In this document: positions 45,893-58,852 of the stretch, piece after piece
How the letters are laid out: each line of letters starts with the position of its first letter
How positions within the stretch are numbered: position 1 is the stretch's first letter
Assembly (NCBI GenBank): GCA_040285825.1
Contig: JAUPSS010000008.1
Span: forward strand, 124,001 to 188,000
Reading direction: 5' to 3'
DNA: 64,000 nt
Source: Eukaryota sp. TZLM1-RC
Lineage: Eukaryota; Protista; Metamonada: BaSk clade
Made by a program: the position numbers and the translations under genes
Notes under the pieces: model-generated
The model's database searches: none
Told to the model about the DNA's origin: nothing
Seen by the model: only the letters and a program-made list of their open reading frames with translations

Positions 45893-46738
45893 TCAAAGTT
45901 GAGATAGCGCCCAATTCAATTCATCTTTTTTGGAAAGTAATCGAGAATAATCAGCCACGATTTGATTGTATTGATCACCAGTGCGGCTATAAAGTGATAA
46001 ATCAGTGACTACTGATTTGAGTTCAATATCTAAAGACTCCAAAATGGTGAGAATTTCAGATCTAATGCAAGAAAGAGCCTGAATGGCATCAGTATCATAC
46101 GTTTCGAGTAAATATTGATATTTTAAAAGTTTCATCTTGGCCAAAACTGCATTGCTCCTATTCTTTAATTTGGACAAGTTTGAAGTAAATAATTCATCAT
46201 TATTGTTGCTAATTGTGGTTTTAATGTTCGACATTACAAATAAAGAAGATATAATACATGTAAATAATTTGTTGAATTGAGAAAAAGAGCGTTGGCTCAG
46301 AGTCTTTAATTCATTAATAGTATCTACTAGCTTGTTTTTCATGACATTGATGGTCCAAAGGGAGTGTTGAAGTTCTGATGGTTCAACAAAGGAAACAATG
46401 TCATCATGCATTAACAACAACTCATTCTCAACTAGTTTTCTGATCTCGTGAGCTTGCTGCACAGAAAATAGTGGCTTTGTCGAACTGTGGAAGTGTTGGT
46501 GACGTAAGAAATTGACGAGGTAATCTGCTACAGATGAATGTAGTTCAGAAGCAGGATCAAGCTTTTCAAAAATTCGCAATAGACAGTGGTAGATTATAGT
46601 CTGCTCTAGAAAAGAACTCCTTGAGGAAGAAAGAGTCGAATTCTCACTAATGTCTTTGAACGATCGAGGTAGACAAGAAAGGGGATGGTAATGTTTAGAA
46701 AAAAGGCACCTCACTAGTTGTGAGGCATGAGGGAACAT
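45893..46738 (-). CDS. HAUS4: HAUS augmin-like complex subunit 4-like
   Basis: C-terminal LLETY....AL..IR..I...L..Y...G.QY..IV.DY..L......WAL..L pattern. Confidence 0.65.
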   Translation of the reverse strand: MFPHASQLVRCLFSKHYHPLSCLPRSFKDISENSTLSSSRSSFLEQTIIYHCLLRIFEKLDPASELHSSVADYLVNFLRHQHFHSSTKPLFSVQQAHEIRKLVENELLLMHDDIVSFVEPSELQHSLWTINVMKNKLVDTINELKTLSQRSFSQFNKLFTCIISSLFVMSNIKTTISNNNDELFTSNLSKLKNRSNAVLAKMKLLKYQYLLETYDTDAIQALSCIRSEILTILESLDIELKSVVTDLSLYSRTGDQYNQIVADYSRLLSKKDELNWALSQL

Positions 46739-46859
46739 TGAATCTGGAAACTCAATAAAAACTCCAATAACAAATTTTAATTGTTTTGATTCTTTTTTAA
46801 AATCATCCAGTGTTGTTAAACAAGGAAATACCTCAGCACTCTCTTTATTTTGTCTGGTC

Positions 46860-47220
46860 GTTCATTTCAATTTTAAAAGACATAGAAGACGCTAATGCTG
46901 ATAGAAACATACAACTTGTGGTTATTGCTTTTTCATTTCTTATAAACGGAAGACTATCAGCAGAAGTTGGCAATTCGTTTGAATGAATTGCAAAAAATTG
47001 TTGAAGAAAAGACAATGAAGAAACTTGATATCTGTCTATGACGCTCTCGGATTCACACCCCAAAATTAATAGATTTCCATGATTTTTCCATTGAGTAAAA
47101 CAAGCAGGGGCGAGAAAACAAGCAGATCAGGATTCTACAGAGGAAATATGGTTTAATGTGTTTCGTCCTATTAGTTCTGAGTTTTTTGATTAAGTTTTGG
47201 TGCTCAATAAAATATAAATC
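46860..47220 (+). mobile_element. Degraded CRE family A 3' fragment
   Basis: Homologous to 200-540. Confidence 0.7.
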
Positions 47221-47919
47221 TTGTTCACAATGTATATTGTTACTACCATGCAAATCTGTTAATTTTTATGGATCATTGATGGTGAGTATCCATTGGATTT
47301 CAGCCCAATATTATGGACCAATAAATACAAATATAAACAACAAAAAAACCACTTAACATGACTTGAGAAAAGTATTTATAGTGAATGAGATTGAAAATTT
47401 TAAAGTTCCTTTGAACAACAAAACTTGAAAAAATTTGATGTACATCGACCGTTTGAGATATGGGACTCCCCTATTTGCACGAATATCAACTAATGGTTTC
47501 CATAGACCTCCATTACTGTATTTTCAGTAATGTTTGCAAATTTTGAGAATAATTTGAGCTTAAATTATGAAACACATAGCAATCATTTCTTAAGGGCAAT
47601 TTTGACTCAGAAGATCTGTTGATAGAAATGGACAAACTCGATAGAAATTGTTTTAATCAAATGTTACCGTCCCATTCAAGCAACAGAAGAAAGTGATTGG
47701 AAATATATTTCGGTTTTCCAATGTCAAGAAATAAAGAGATATATAGTTTTACTTAATTTTTACTTTTTTTTAATTAAGGAACAAATATTATATTTTATAT
47801 CATTTCAAATAACAGAAAACTAAAAATTTTGTTAATTATCCCAAACACAATTATTCTGATTATCTTTTTCCAAATAAAAGCTTTTTGTTATTTAATATGT
47901 TTTATTAAAAACATATAAA

Positions 47920-48230
47920 TCAACATCTAAATAATTTATTTCTCTCAAAACAAAAACACTAGATGAACTCTCTCATAGTGAGATTCAAGAGAAAGCAAAG
48001 CATCAGAAACCATCTTCAACATCCCCTTACAAATTGAAAACACAATTCTATTATGCCAAAATAATCTGTTGGAATTTCTGTTAGTTCTTCTTTTTACAAT
48101 CATTTCAAAATCTGCCAAAAAACGCATAGCCGTTGGAGCAAGTGAACCAAAAAGAGAAAATACAAATGGATACAAATTGTATTTTGCATGCTGTTGACTG
48201 GCCAATTTGGACAAAGGTTCATTGTATTTA
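47920..48230 (-). mobile_element. CRE family E 3' fragment
   Basis: KYNEPLSKLASQQHAKYNLYPFVFSLFGSL matches 25435-25750. Confidence 0.8.
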
Positions 48231-48699
48231 ACCAAATAAAAACTGCCAGAGTTATTTCTATAACCAACCATTTCTTTGATAGTTGGCTTCCTTCATCGAT
48301 GAAGAAACATAGGACACAAGTTCAATAAACACACATTTTAGTTTGAATTTAAGATCACCTTTGCAACAGACACTAAATCCGATCTGGGCTTTCATCTGAC
48401 TAATAGAAATTTGGATAAAATCCATTGTTTTGTCGTCACTAAAATGGATTGAATGGATTACAGTGAGTTCTCTATATCTTCTCGGTCTTGGGAAACCAAG
48501 CAAAATCGAGAACTTATAGAAAGGTAAAAGTTATCCAATTTCTTGATTACAATCATTACACCAATTTAAATTACAAGTTTATTTAATATCAATAACTTCA
48601 CATGTAATTTCATTCAACTCGGATGTTAGAAGGTTTATCAACGATATTTGTTTCTTTTTCTTTAGTCTAATTGTTTCTAACTCACTTTCTACTTCATTC

Positions 48700-49262
48700 A
48701 GAATAGAAGGATGTTAGTAAGGAGTGAGGATGTTTGTGGTCAAAATTGTGCAACAGTTGTCAAATTGTGATGTTGTTGTGCCCTCGTTTGATGATGTCTT
48801 GAATGTTGTGATGTCGTAACAGTGGATGTTTGCAAGAAAAATGCCTTGAGAAATGCACAATCCGAAGTATCTCCCCTTGATGACTCCGAATTGTGCAAAC
48901 GAAAAAAATATGCAAATCCTTTGAAAGAATTGAAACATGTTCGCCATGTAGATTACCAAATTTGCCCATTTGCTATATCGTTGTATGGTCGTCTTGGATA
49001 AACTGCTATGAATTTTATTGATGATTTTGAAAACCTTGTAAAAAGAAGAATGAATAAGCGTTTTGATCGTCGTTTGTGGTTAAATCGTATTGTTTTTACT
49101 ATTTACAAAACAATTCCTAAAATGATTTCGAAAGCTTTGATGTCTGTCAGTGCACATTACGAAGACATTGCTGCTGTACGGTTTGATGGTATGAAAGGTT
49201 GTTTTGAAGATATTGACTTTTAGACTGTGGTTTAAAACATAAATTAATATACACCAAAAAAA
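48700..49262 (+). mobile_element. CRE RLE 3' fragment, family G
   Basis: DVVVPSFD..LNV, CPFAISLYGRLG, WLNRIVF, ends CFEDIDF*; A-rich tail. Confidence 0.75.
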
Positions 49263-49591
49263 TTGTGTATATCATAAGTTTCGATAATCTGCAGCGCATT
49301 GTATGCTTCTATTCTGCAAACTCTTAATCTAGACTCATCTTCTTCATGATGAATTTTCAGCATTCTAGATGATGAGTATTGACTGTTTGACACCTATCTC
49401 TAATGGTTTGCGTTTTCGTGTTTGTGACAAGAAAAAACGAGAATTTATTGAGAGAGAAATTATATAGCGAGAAAATATAGAGAGGTTATTGTAGAAAATT
49501 GTTTTTTAGAAATTGTTCTGCGTTCCAACATCCTCCATTGCATTGTCTTTTAAAGTCATGAATTAATGTGGAATTAAACATTTTTATTGCT

Positions 49592-52500
49592 CTACATAAA
49601 CAAAAATCCCACCCCAACTAATCCAATTATTAGAAATAAAACACTCAAGCTATGACCGAGAGCACTACTGCACTCAGAAGAGATGCTCAAATCATCGATA
49701 AGATACACTTCATCGTTCGACATTTTAAATTCAATTCTATTAGTCATTGTTGAATTAGACAACCAACTAAATCTACCCTTGCGAAGGGAAACATCACCAG
49801 GTCTACAGGAAGCAACCTCCTCACCCGTAACAAAGGCTTGAGACAAAACTTCTTGATCATTAATAACCAACAGTCTAAGTGAAGAATTTGAATGTTGGGC
49901 TTCGTAAATAAAACTAACATTGAATTCAAAAGCAAAATAATTTAAATGCAAAACAATTTCATGACCCTTTTCTTCTTCATTTCCAGCACTGATGGTTCCC
50001 AATCTTCTGTCTTGTAATTCATCAGTTTCAACACACAGTTTACTAAGTTCATTTGAGACAACCATTATCCCAGCCAAAGAACTATCAACTGATCGAGCCC
50101 GTATTCTATTCACAGGACCTCCAAAAGTAATGTTGGTACTGTCTAACACCGCACGTGAAGGCGTAGGATCACCATTAGACGTAAAATCAAAAGAGATCAC
50201 GTAGGGATCAAGGTCGAAAATTTCATCTTGACAATCAATGTTTGAACAGTAACCGCCTGAAAACCCTCGGCTACAATCACAGCTTCCGTCAGTTAGATTT
50301 CCTACTCCAAAACAATCAAAATTGGGAAATATTGTTTCATTTGAAGTAGCGTAATAATATAGTTCAAAACCAGACCGTTCAAGGCTTCCATCACTGGAAA
50401 ACTCAATAAAAACTGTATTGGAAGACGAAACAATAGGAGGTGAAACACCTTGACCTGACAGCAAGGCAATGCGTGGTGAATCACGTGAATTACCATCATA
50501 AATAGCAACAAAATCAAACCCTTCTTCTGTATCAAGTTTTGAAAACTCAATTACTATTCTATAATCTTGAGGAACATTTGGAGAAATGATCCACCCGCAA
50601 TTCATGTTACTAAGATAGGTACCTAGTCCTTCAGGCCCTGAATGGTCTGAAATAGTAAAGTTTAAAGCTTCAAGAGTGACAACATCTCGGCAGAAACCAA
50701 TCGAACAATCAAATTGGGAATCAAACCCTGGATGGCAGTCACATTGATTGCCTTCACAGACACCGGAATTACAACTGTTATGGCAGTTTGATAATTCACA
50801 AGCAAATCCTGTGTACCCTTCATTACATTGACAAAGACCATTAGAGCCACAACTGCCATGATTTGAACAATTCAACGGACATTGTGAAAGAAAATCTTCA
50901 ACAATTGGATCATTGGTATTGACAACTTCACCTTTGAAACCAGTAAAGGCAAGAGCGAAAGGTTGGGGCTGAACAGCTAGTCTTGAAGCAAAAACTCTCA
51001 ATCTGTAAACTCCAACGGTGGCGGAAGGAACTACAATTTCTTGGTTATTTAGGACATCATGATAATGCCCCATATTGCCGTAATAAAGATTGTAATCAGG
51101 GTCAACAACAATCAAATCAAGGTCATTAACTAACGTGAAAGTTGCCGACAGCGAGGCAGGGGGATCTACCCAAGTTAAAGCTACTTTAATGGGAAAATCT
51201 TGATTAACTTCATCCATTCGAATAAAATAGTCCAAGCCAACTCCACTTGAACTAAAAGAATGATTTGAATCAACAACCCATAAGAAATGACTATTGCTCA
51301 AAGGCAAAGATCTCGTAAGATTCAACCTTCCATTACCTTGAGCTGAAGAAGGGATGGAAGGAATGTTTATCATATCAGCATCTTGGTCTACATTAACACT
51401 TCCAATGACCAAAACAGACTTAATCAGAGCAGAAGAAGGTGAAAAGGAAGTTTCATTATAAAGCCCCTTGATAAAGTATTGTCTGCAGATAACAGCAGCT
51501 CCAGCTACCAAGGGAGTAGCCATTGAAGTCCCTTGGAAGTACACTGGACCAGAACAATGGTCAGAAGAAGTATCAAGACTTTGAGCTGACCCGAGGGGAC
51601 CACCAATACCTAATATATCTGGTTTAATTCTTAAATCAAGTGTAGGACCTTTACTTGAATAAGTAGCAAGGTTTTCATAGCTAAATCTGAAAGGACTTTG
51701 CTTCATTCTGTCATAATCACCACAACAAGTGTTACCAGCACAACAAGCTTCCAAATGTCCTTCTGTCGATGTACCAGTAGCACCTACAGTCAAAACATTC
51801 TTTGCATTAGCGGGCGCACCCAAGGTATTGTAACCAGATCTACCTTCATTTCCAGCAGCAAACACAGCTAAGAAATCCTTGTGATCCCAGGCAAAGGAGT
51901 CTGCATCTCTTGAGTGGCTAGTGTAAAGGGGTGCGGTCGTGCCCCACGAATTACTGTAAACCTTGACATTTACTTCTTCATAATGTGAAAGGAACAAATT
52001 ATTATAAAGATCACTAGGATCTACTAACAATGATCCTCTTGCAATGTCTGTAAATGCAATCTTAGCACCAAAAGCAATTCCATTGTGATCATTAGATTCA
52101 TTAAAAGGACTCGAATCTCCAGCTAGGGTCCCACCAACGTGGGTTCCATGGCCATCTGGATTATCTTCGTCATCACCTAATGTTCTATAGGTAACTACTT
52201 TCCGATGATTGGTATTGATTGAGTCGAAAGGAAACTGGTGATGATCATCCCTGAAATAGCATGAATGACGGTCTAATCCTGTATCAGACACTCCAACAAC
52301 TTCACCTTCCCCATTCAAACCTGATTGGTAAAACTTGGTTAGGTCATCACTTGAACCGAAAGAAAGGACCGTTCCTTGGTTGTTGTTGGTGAAGAGGGTG
52401 GGCGAAAGCTCCAGCCAGTGAACAAAAGAGTTTTTGGAGAGAGAATCAATGGTGGAAGAGAGATGTTTGGTTAGGGTCTGGACAGTGAGTCTATCACGTG

Positions 52501-52993
52501 AGATGACGTTTACATCTGATAGGTAAATCATTTCTGAAAGAGACTGGGCAATTTCTTGGACAGTCTTTCCCCTTATTGAATGAGGAACCAAGACAACATT
52601 GATAGAAACACTAGAACTATCATGCTGAGTAGCAGCAAGAGTTCTCGATCGAAGTTCAGGAGACACACGAAGAGAAGGACCGAACTCCATTAGGTACTTT
52701 ATCCTGTCATTGGACTGGAGAGAGGTAAGGGAGGAGGATGAACGAAGAAAGAGAAGGAATGAGTTGACAGGGATGTAGTCACCAAGAACGATGTTGGGAT
52801 CGGAGAGTAAGGAGGAAAGGTGTGAAGTGTTTTGAAGAGAGACGATCAGCTGAATAATAGATGGATCTGGAGATTCGACAGCGTAATTTACACTGGATCG
52901 GGGTGAATACTTTGTTGTGAGAGTGGAGTTGAGAGTCAAAAGATGTATTTCTGAAAACGACAATGACGCACACAGCAGTAGTAATAGAAGCAT
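49592..52993 (-). CDS. Membrane-anchored S8 subtilisin-like serine protease (KP-43/TagC-like) with EGF-like and CUB domains
   Basis: Signal peptide; catalytic motifs VSDTG, HGTHVGGT, AAGN, GTSMATP; NDLDL; EGF repeats; CUB (Y.SNMNC.W, DTEEGFDFV, FSSDGS..RSGF); hydrophobic C terminus. Confidence 0.93.
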   Translation of the reverse strand: MLLLLLLCASLSFSEIHLLTLNSTLTTKYSPRSSVNYAVESPDPSIIQLIVSLQNTSHLSSLLSDPNIVLGDYIPVNSFLLFLRSSSSLTSLQSNDRIKYLMEFGPSLRVSPELRSRTLAATQHDSSSVSINVVLVPHSIRGKTVQEIAQSLSEMIYLSDVNVISRDRLTVQTLTKHLSSTIDSLSKNSFVHWLELSPTLFTNNNQGTVLSFGSSDDLTKFYQSGLNGEGEVVGVSDTGLDRHSCYFRDDHHQFPFDSINTNHRKVVTYRTLGDDEDNPDGHGTHVGGTLAGDSSPFNESNDHNGIAFGAKIAFTDIARGSLLVDPSDLYNNLFLSHYEEVNVKVYSNSWGTTAPLYTSHSRDADSFAWDHKDFLAVFAAGNEGRSGYNTLGAPANAKNVLTVGATGTSTEGHLEACCAGNTCCGDYDRMKQSPFRFSYENLATYSSKGPTLDLRIKPDILGIGGPLGSAQSLDTSSDHCSGPVYFQGTSMATPLVAGAAVICRQYFIKGLYNETSFSPSSALIKSVLVIGSVNVDQDADMINIPSIPSSAQGNGRLNLTRSLPLSNSHFLWVVDSNHSFSSSGVGLDYFIRMDEVNQDFPIKVALTWVDPPASLSATFTLVNDLDLIVVDPDYNLYYGNMGHYHDVLNNQEIVVPSATVGVYRLRVFASRLAVQPQPFALAFTGFKGEVVNTNDPIVEDFLSQCPLNCSNHGSCGSNGLCQCNEGYTGFACELSNCHNSCNSGVCEGNQCDCHPGFDSQFDCSIGFCRDVVTLEALNFTISDHSGPEGLGTYLSNMNCGWIISPNVPQDYRIVIEFSKLDTEEGFDFVAIYDGNSRDSPRIALLSGQGVSPPIVSSSNTVFIEFSSDGSLERSGFELYYYATSNETIFPNFDCFGVGNLTDGSCDCSRGFSGGYCSNIDCQDEIFDLDPYVISFDFTSNGDPTPSRAVLDSTNITFGGPVNRIRARSVDSSLAGIMVVSNELSKLCVETDELQDRRLGTISAGNEEEKGHEIVLHLNYFAFEFNVSFIYEAQHSNSSLRLLVINDQEVLSQAFVTGEEVASCRPGDVSLRKGRFSWLSNSTMTNRIEFKMSNDEVYLIDDLSISSECSSALGHSLSVLFLIIGLVGVGFLFM

Positions 52994-53454
52994 CACTGCT
53001 CAGCAAAACAAAAGCACAAGAATTGGTGATCACGGCATCTTCTACTTGACTGTGCAGCATGATACCTTCTTTGTCAAAGAGCTTTGACATGCATTGCAAC
53101 CAATCAGTGTTAGAAATCCGACAGGTCACTGACCTAGGTCGGGTCGGCCGACATAAGTTGAGAGTTGTGAAATAAATCAAATATTTCTTTCAAACCCAAT
53201 ATCTAATAATAATGAAATAAGAAATATATTTAATATTGACCAGCTATTACAATGTATAATACATCATTTCACCAATGGAATTTGTTGAAGATACATCCAA
53301 AAGAAAACATTCCTCTGCTGCTTTAGAAACCGATGGTATTACCCCAGAACTCAAGCTGCTCCTCTCAACTGAATGCACACGTGAGGAAATTTACGCTTAT
53401 TATAGAATTGTTTTTTTTGATCTAGAATCTTTTCAACATCAAGTGAAGATTGGT

Positions 53455-55370
53455 AAATGCAAAAATGCACGCTTAATTGCTTTAAAAAAGAATGAATCAA
53501 AAATAAGGCCTATTGCAATTGGTGAATCTTTGTCTCGTATTCTTGCTTCAGCTGTGTTTGGTAGGATTGGTAAAAAAGCTAAAGATTTTCTTAGTCCTTT
53601 CCAATTTGGAATTAAAACAGTTGATGGTGCATCTTCTGCAGCACTCTCTTCTGATGTCTTTTTTAATTCAAATACTTCGAATTATATTTTGAATTTAGAT
53701 TTTAAAAACGCTTTCAATGCAGTGAAGAGGTCGTCCATCTTGCCCTTGCTTCAAACTCATTTTCCAGAAGCTGTCGTTCTTTTACAATTTTTATGGCTCA
53801 CAGTCGACTCTTGTTTATGAGGAATTCAATCTAATATCATCATCTGGTGTCAAACAAGGTGATCCATTAGGTCCTTTTTTTTCTGCCTTGCTATCCATCC
53901 TTTAATGTGTGAATTAAAACAAGAATTTCCAGATGTTCATATAACTGCTTATATGGATGACATATCAATAATTGGTCCAATTGATTCATTGAGAACAATT
54001 GCTGAAATTGTTCAACAGCGCTATTATCAAATGGGTCTTTCTCTAAATATTTCCAAGTGTTTATTGATTGGTAGAGAGCCTGCTGATCTCATTATTGATG
54101 ATCAAAGTGTTCCTTTTATCAATTATTTTGAATCAGGATTTCGTTCTTTAGATTGTTATTTAGGCAATTTTGATGAAGTTCGAAATCAACTTTCCTCTCT
54201 TTTGGATAATTTTGAAGAAGAATTGATGGTTCTTTCAGATTTAAACATCATAAATCAAAAATAGAAATCAGATTCCCAAAAGTTTGATTTCCTTGAAATT
54301 TGCATACGCTAAATTGCAGAAAAAGATATTAAAAGTTTTTGAAAACTTGGATTTCACTGTTCGTCTTAGCTTGGCTAAAGAAGAGAATCCCGTTTTTGCA
54401 AACTTTTTAATTGACCTTAAGGAAAGTAGCTCAAGTTGTCTTATTTCCCAGATTCCAAATGTATTTGGTCTATTATTAAAGGATCATCAATGGACAACTG
54501 CCTTCAGGATGAGGTGTTTTCTGTGGCCATGTAGTGTGCCAAATGATTTGATTTGTCGTTGTGGTCAGCTCATTAATCTGAATCATTTATTTAAATGCAA
54601 ATTTAATATTACATATCGCTCAGTTGTTCACGATGTCGTTAGAGACCAACTATACGCTATGTCCAAAAGTCATCACATTGAAGCTTTTGTTGAACCACTT
54701 GTGTGAAGGTTGTCATCTGAAAATGAAGATGAAAATACTTTTGGGAAACGCGGTGCTGATTTAATTACCCCTGCGTCTGATGGTGTTATTAAAGTTGTTG
54801 ATGTTGTCACTGTTGTTGTTTGTAAAGACTCAGCAATTGATTTTGCTAAAAGAGATGAAACTCCACTTTGCTTTGCTGAAAAGAGCAAAATCAAAAAGTA
54901 CAATGAATTCTTATTTCAGCTAGGACGTGTTGAGCATGTCAAGTATCAGTTGGTTCCATTTGCTGTTTCTCTTTTTGGTAACATTGGAATATCTGGCATT
55001 AAATTTCTTGAAGGTTTCAGAAGTTTAATAAAAGAAAGAGCAGGAAAAGAATTGAACTTCAATTTCTGGCACAATAGAATTGTTTTCAGTATTCTTAAAG
55101 CAATTTCAGAAATGTTGACCAAAACACTGTTACAATTATGAATAGAGTATGAAAATCGCACGCTTAAAAGATTTGATGATGTTGATGCGTGTATTGAGGA
55201 TATTGAGTTCTAGTTTTTTGTTTTTGTTGGCGCCTTTAGGCTTAAATAGAATAAGGGCAAAATAAATCAACTTTATGTCAATCATCTTTATCTCAACCAC
55301 TTTTGCAACCTAAGGCAAAATTTAATGTTTTGTTAGCGTTGAAAATAAATTTCAATTTATATAAAAAATA
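53455..55370 (+). mobile_element. CRE family B retrotransposon, degenerate with internal deletion
   Basis: RPIAIGE, LDFKNAFN, QGDPLGP, YMDD, RLE near-identical to 43775-44605; ~100-bp insertion in the 3' UTR (55225-55320). Confidence 0.9.
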
Positions 55371-55456
55371 CACAATTTTTTTTGATCTTTGACATTATAT
55401 ACCATTACTCGATAGACACCTTTTTTTGTCAATAAGCCATATCTTGAGGTTTACTT

Positions 55457-56992
55457 ATGCCTCAGTCGCAGCATCCCGTTCGACTGACACAATCCTTATT
55501 TCCACATCGTTACTCAACTGTCGTGTTTTTAAGTGAACACGATGACGATCAGGATGTTCCATCCTTCCACATCAGTGATAAACCTGTGTACTTCAAGCAA
55601 ACCACCAATGTTAGGCTTATCAAGAATATTTTCCTACTCTCTGGCTGCACTTCTACTAAAAAATCAAACCTTTTCTCGGTCAAATATGGTAAAGTTCCTT
55701 CTCCTGAATCATTTAAGAAACTTCACAAGTTTCAAAAAGTCAATCACTTCCCGGGAACCTTTCAACTAGGTATTTCCTCACCTATTCTCGCTCCTAACCC
55801 AAGGTAATAAGGCTTGTCTCTCCCGCAACATGGCATCTTTGTCAAGGCGGCATGGCAGAAGGAACTTTGAATTTGTCCCCAAGACCTTTCTGCTACCAGA
55901 AGAAGCTTCTGCTCTTAAAAAGTTTGTAGATTCAAATCGCTCTCAAAAGTGGATCAAAAAACCTAAATCAGGGTCAAACGGGGTTAATATACGAATGGTG
56001 CCGAATATTAATGAGTTGAATTTTTCAAAATTGAACTGTATTATGCAGCAATATATTCAATCTTATTTGATTGATGGATTTAAATTTGATTGTCGTTTAT
56101 ACGTTTTGGTTACTTCAGTTGACCCTTTGAAGGTTTATGTCTTCAACAATGGTCTTGCTAGGTTTGCGACAATGAGATATTCTAAAAATAGTAACAACAA
56201 GTTTATGCATCTGACCAACTTTTCGATACAAAAAAATAGGAAAGGCTTCATTCCAAATCATTCGGTTGAATCTGATGGTCAAGGTTCAAAATGGTCTTTA
56301 CAAGCTCTGATGAGTCGTCTCGAGTCAATGGGTGTTGACGTGGGGTTGGTTTGGTCTCGTATAACTGATTTAATACTCAAGACCATTATCTCTGCTGAAG
56401 GAGAAATCAACACTAGATTGAAAATGCTTTCGCAATTACCAGAACCCTGCTTTGAATTATTTGGTTTTGATGTTTTACTAGATCGTGAATTGAAACCTTG
56501 GTTGTGTGTTTTCTTTTTATTTCTCATTCTAGGATAGAGGTTAACACTAGTCCATCAATGAATCAAGCCTCGCCGATCGATCGGCACATAAAGTCAACTT
56601 TGTGGTCAAGTATTCTGACCTGCTTAAGAGTTTCTCCTTTTGATTCTGCCATGATTGCTATGGAAAGAGAAGAACAAAAGAAACACCGCTTGCTTTGCTC
56701 GACCAAACGAACTGGAAGGTTTAATAGAACCAATTTCAACATGCACCAGGGTAATTCATGGTTAGAAAGACTCAACCCTAATGAATTGGAGGTCATTTGT
56801 AACTATGAAGATGAGAAACGATTGGCCAGAGGCTTTTCTTCTTTGTTCCCCACTCTCAATAGTCGATATTATTCCTTTTTCTCTTTTACACGACATAATA
56901 ATACTTTGCTTCGAAAATGGATGGAGCTAAAAAAGGACATTTCTTCCGCTGTAGCTTTAGAGAGATTAAGAAACATTGCATCTTGTATCTAA
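55457..56992 (+). CDS. Tubulin polyglutamylase TTLL4/5-like; introns at 55770-55803 (34 nt) and 56504-56532 (29 nt)
   Basis: QKVNHFPGTFQLG|NK, WIKKP, KFDCRLYVLVTS, GLARFAT, HLTNFS, FELFGFD, PWL|IEVNTSPS restored by GT-AG splicing. Confidence 0.93.
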
Positions 56993-57140
56993 CTTGTCAA
57001 TTTATTTACTATTCTATTATCTGAAAAATACCAAATAAGAAACAATTGTTACTTATACTTATTGTCAGAAAAGCCACAATAAACATTTACATTTATTAAC
57101 CATTTACTACCAAACCACTCCTTTTCTTTAAAAAGTTGTT

Positions 57141-58370
57141 TTATTCTTTGACTGGATCCTCTGAAATAGAAGTCATTTGTTCAGGTTCAGGAAGACTTGT
57201 TCTAAAAACACCTTCGCTGAAATTAATTACCAACAGAAAAATGAAAATGAAATGAAAAAGGTACACAGTCAACAGAGAAAATACTGGTTCATTAAGAGGA
57301 CTAATGATTAATCTTGCAATGCTGTAAAAACAAAAGAAAATTCCAAACAGTGTACAAAATAATTTCAACTTTCGCGAAACCTTATTCAAAACATGAGATT
57401 TTGTTGGAATAAATGTTAAGTTAAACCTAGAAAGTGCACCAGAAGTAGGAAAGTAATCACTACTTAAATTGAAAAAATAACCAACAATGAAAAAAGTTAT
57501 TCCAAAGATAATTGAATCAACGACGATATTACCAATAAAGAAAAATAAAAAGGAAAAACTGATGATAATGCCAATAATTGTAGAGACGATAACTGTTAGA
57601 ATTTTTGATTTAAAAATTACATCCTGATCTCTTGCTAAATCATCATCAATATCAGAAAAATAAATGCCCAGTAACAAAGACAATGTACCACCAACCAAGA
57701 TTCCAAATCCAAGGGCAGTGAAAAATAGAAAAAATCCCAAACCATTTCCTGTTCCATTGGCATGATGAAGATAGGTCTGAGAAACCCATGCTGCAATGTA
57801 GGTGAATAGAAGAGTTCTGGTAAGATAGCGATCAAATGAAGTGATGTCCCGGGCATTACGAATGAACCTACCTCCAACGTGAAGAATTAGTAAAAAAGTA
57901 AATGCAATCAAAAAGGCAGAGTGAATAAATAAGGAACCTTCAAACGACAGAGAGAAATACCCGGTTGGATTCCGTAATGTGTACCTGCACGTTCCTCTCG
58001 TTCTGTCACCCTGTCCGCAGTTCATGATGGTGATCTGCTTCATTCCGTCAGATGGAAAGTTGAAAAAGACATTGTCAACTGTTTTTCCGGAAACTGAAAG
58101 CCGACCGTACTCAGAAGGAAGAGAATCGCAGTTGTGAAAGGAGAATCGCATATCGGAGCGGTCGTTCATAACCAGTACCATATTGTTACTGTTGCCGTCG
58201 AACTCACAGTGGACAGAGGCAGAACCTGAACTATCAAGACCAAAAATTATATCAGAAGAAGAGTCTTTGCGTAAGTTGAAGCTTTTCTGGACATCTTTGC
58301 CAACTAAAGCTTCTCGTGCAAATAAGTGAGTAACAAAGAGTGAGAAACAAAAGAGATGAAGGGGTGACAT
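57141..58370 (-). CDS. Signal-peptide, multi-pass (about 7TM) membrane protein, GOST/GPR107-like
   Basis: Signal peptide, ~130-aa lumenal domain ending LRNPTGYFS, then about seven hydrophobic segments. Confidence 0.55.
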   Translation of the reverse strand: MSPLHLFCFSLFVTHLFAREALVGKDVQKSFNLRKDSSSDIIFGLDSSGSASVHCEFDGNSNNMVLVMNDRSDMRFSFHNCDSLPSEYGRLSVSGKTVDNVFFNFPSDGMKQITIMNCGQGDRTRGTCRYTLRNPTGYFSLSFEGSLFIHSAFLIAFTFLLILHVGGRFIRNARDITSFDRYLTRTLLFTYIAAWVSQTYLHHANGTGNGLGFFLFFTALGFGILVGGTLSLLLGIYFSDIDDDLARDQDVIFKSKILTVIVSTIIGIIISFSFLFFFIGNIVVDSIIFGITFFIVGYFFNLSSDYFPTSGALSRFNLTFIPTKSHVLNKVSRKLKLFCTLFGIFFCFYSIARLIISPLNEPVFSLLTVYLFHFIFIFLLVINFSEGVFRTSLPEPEQMTSISEDPVKE

Positions 58371-58852
58371 AGTAACGTTCACTACTAAACGTTACAAAGA
58401 AAACTAGTGTCTGTGTGTAAGTTATATGTTGGGGAAAATTCCCCAAAAGAACACTTAAAAGTAGACAATTGTACGGAATAATTACAAATAATATCTACAA
58501 TTCAAATTAGGCCTTTCATTAACACTCATTTTGGCTTCAGCAACTGCGAACAAATTAAGAGATGCCCGATTGTTTCTATTCAAAATCCTTCTTGAATCGC
58601 TATTAATGGGTACAATTGGAAATATTACAAGACAAGTTCATAATTTATGAATCATAAACCATGACACGTAGTCTCTTATAGAATCTGGGATTGGCTACAA
58701 TCAAAAAGGTACAAATAACTTGAAAACAGCCAGGCAACTTTGCTAAAACGAAAGCTTCAACACTCAAAAACAAATTAACAAGTGATTTTATTGATAGAAA
58801 TATGTACAAATAGCAAATAAACACAAAGAAAAAACAAAAACATTGCATTGTG

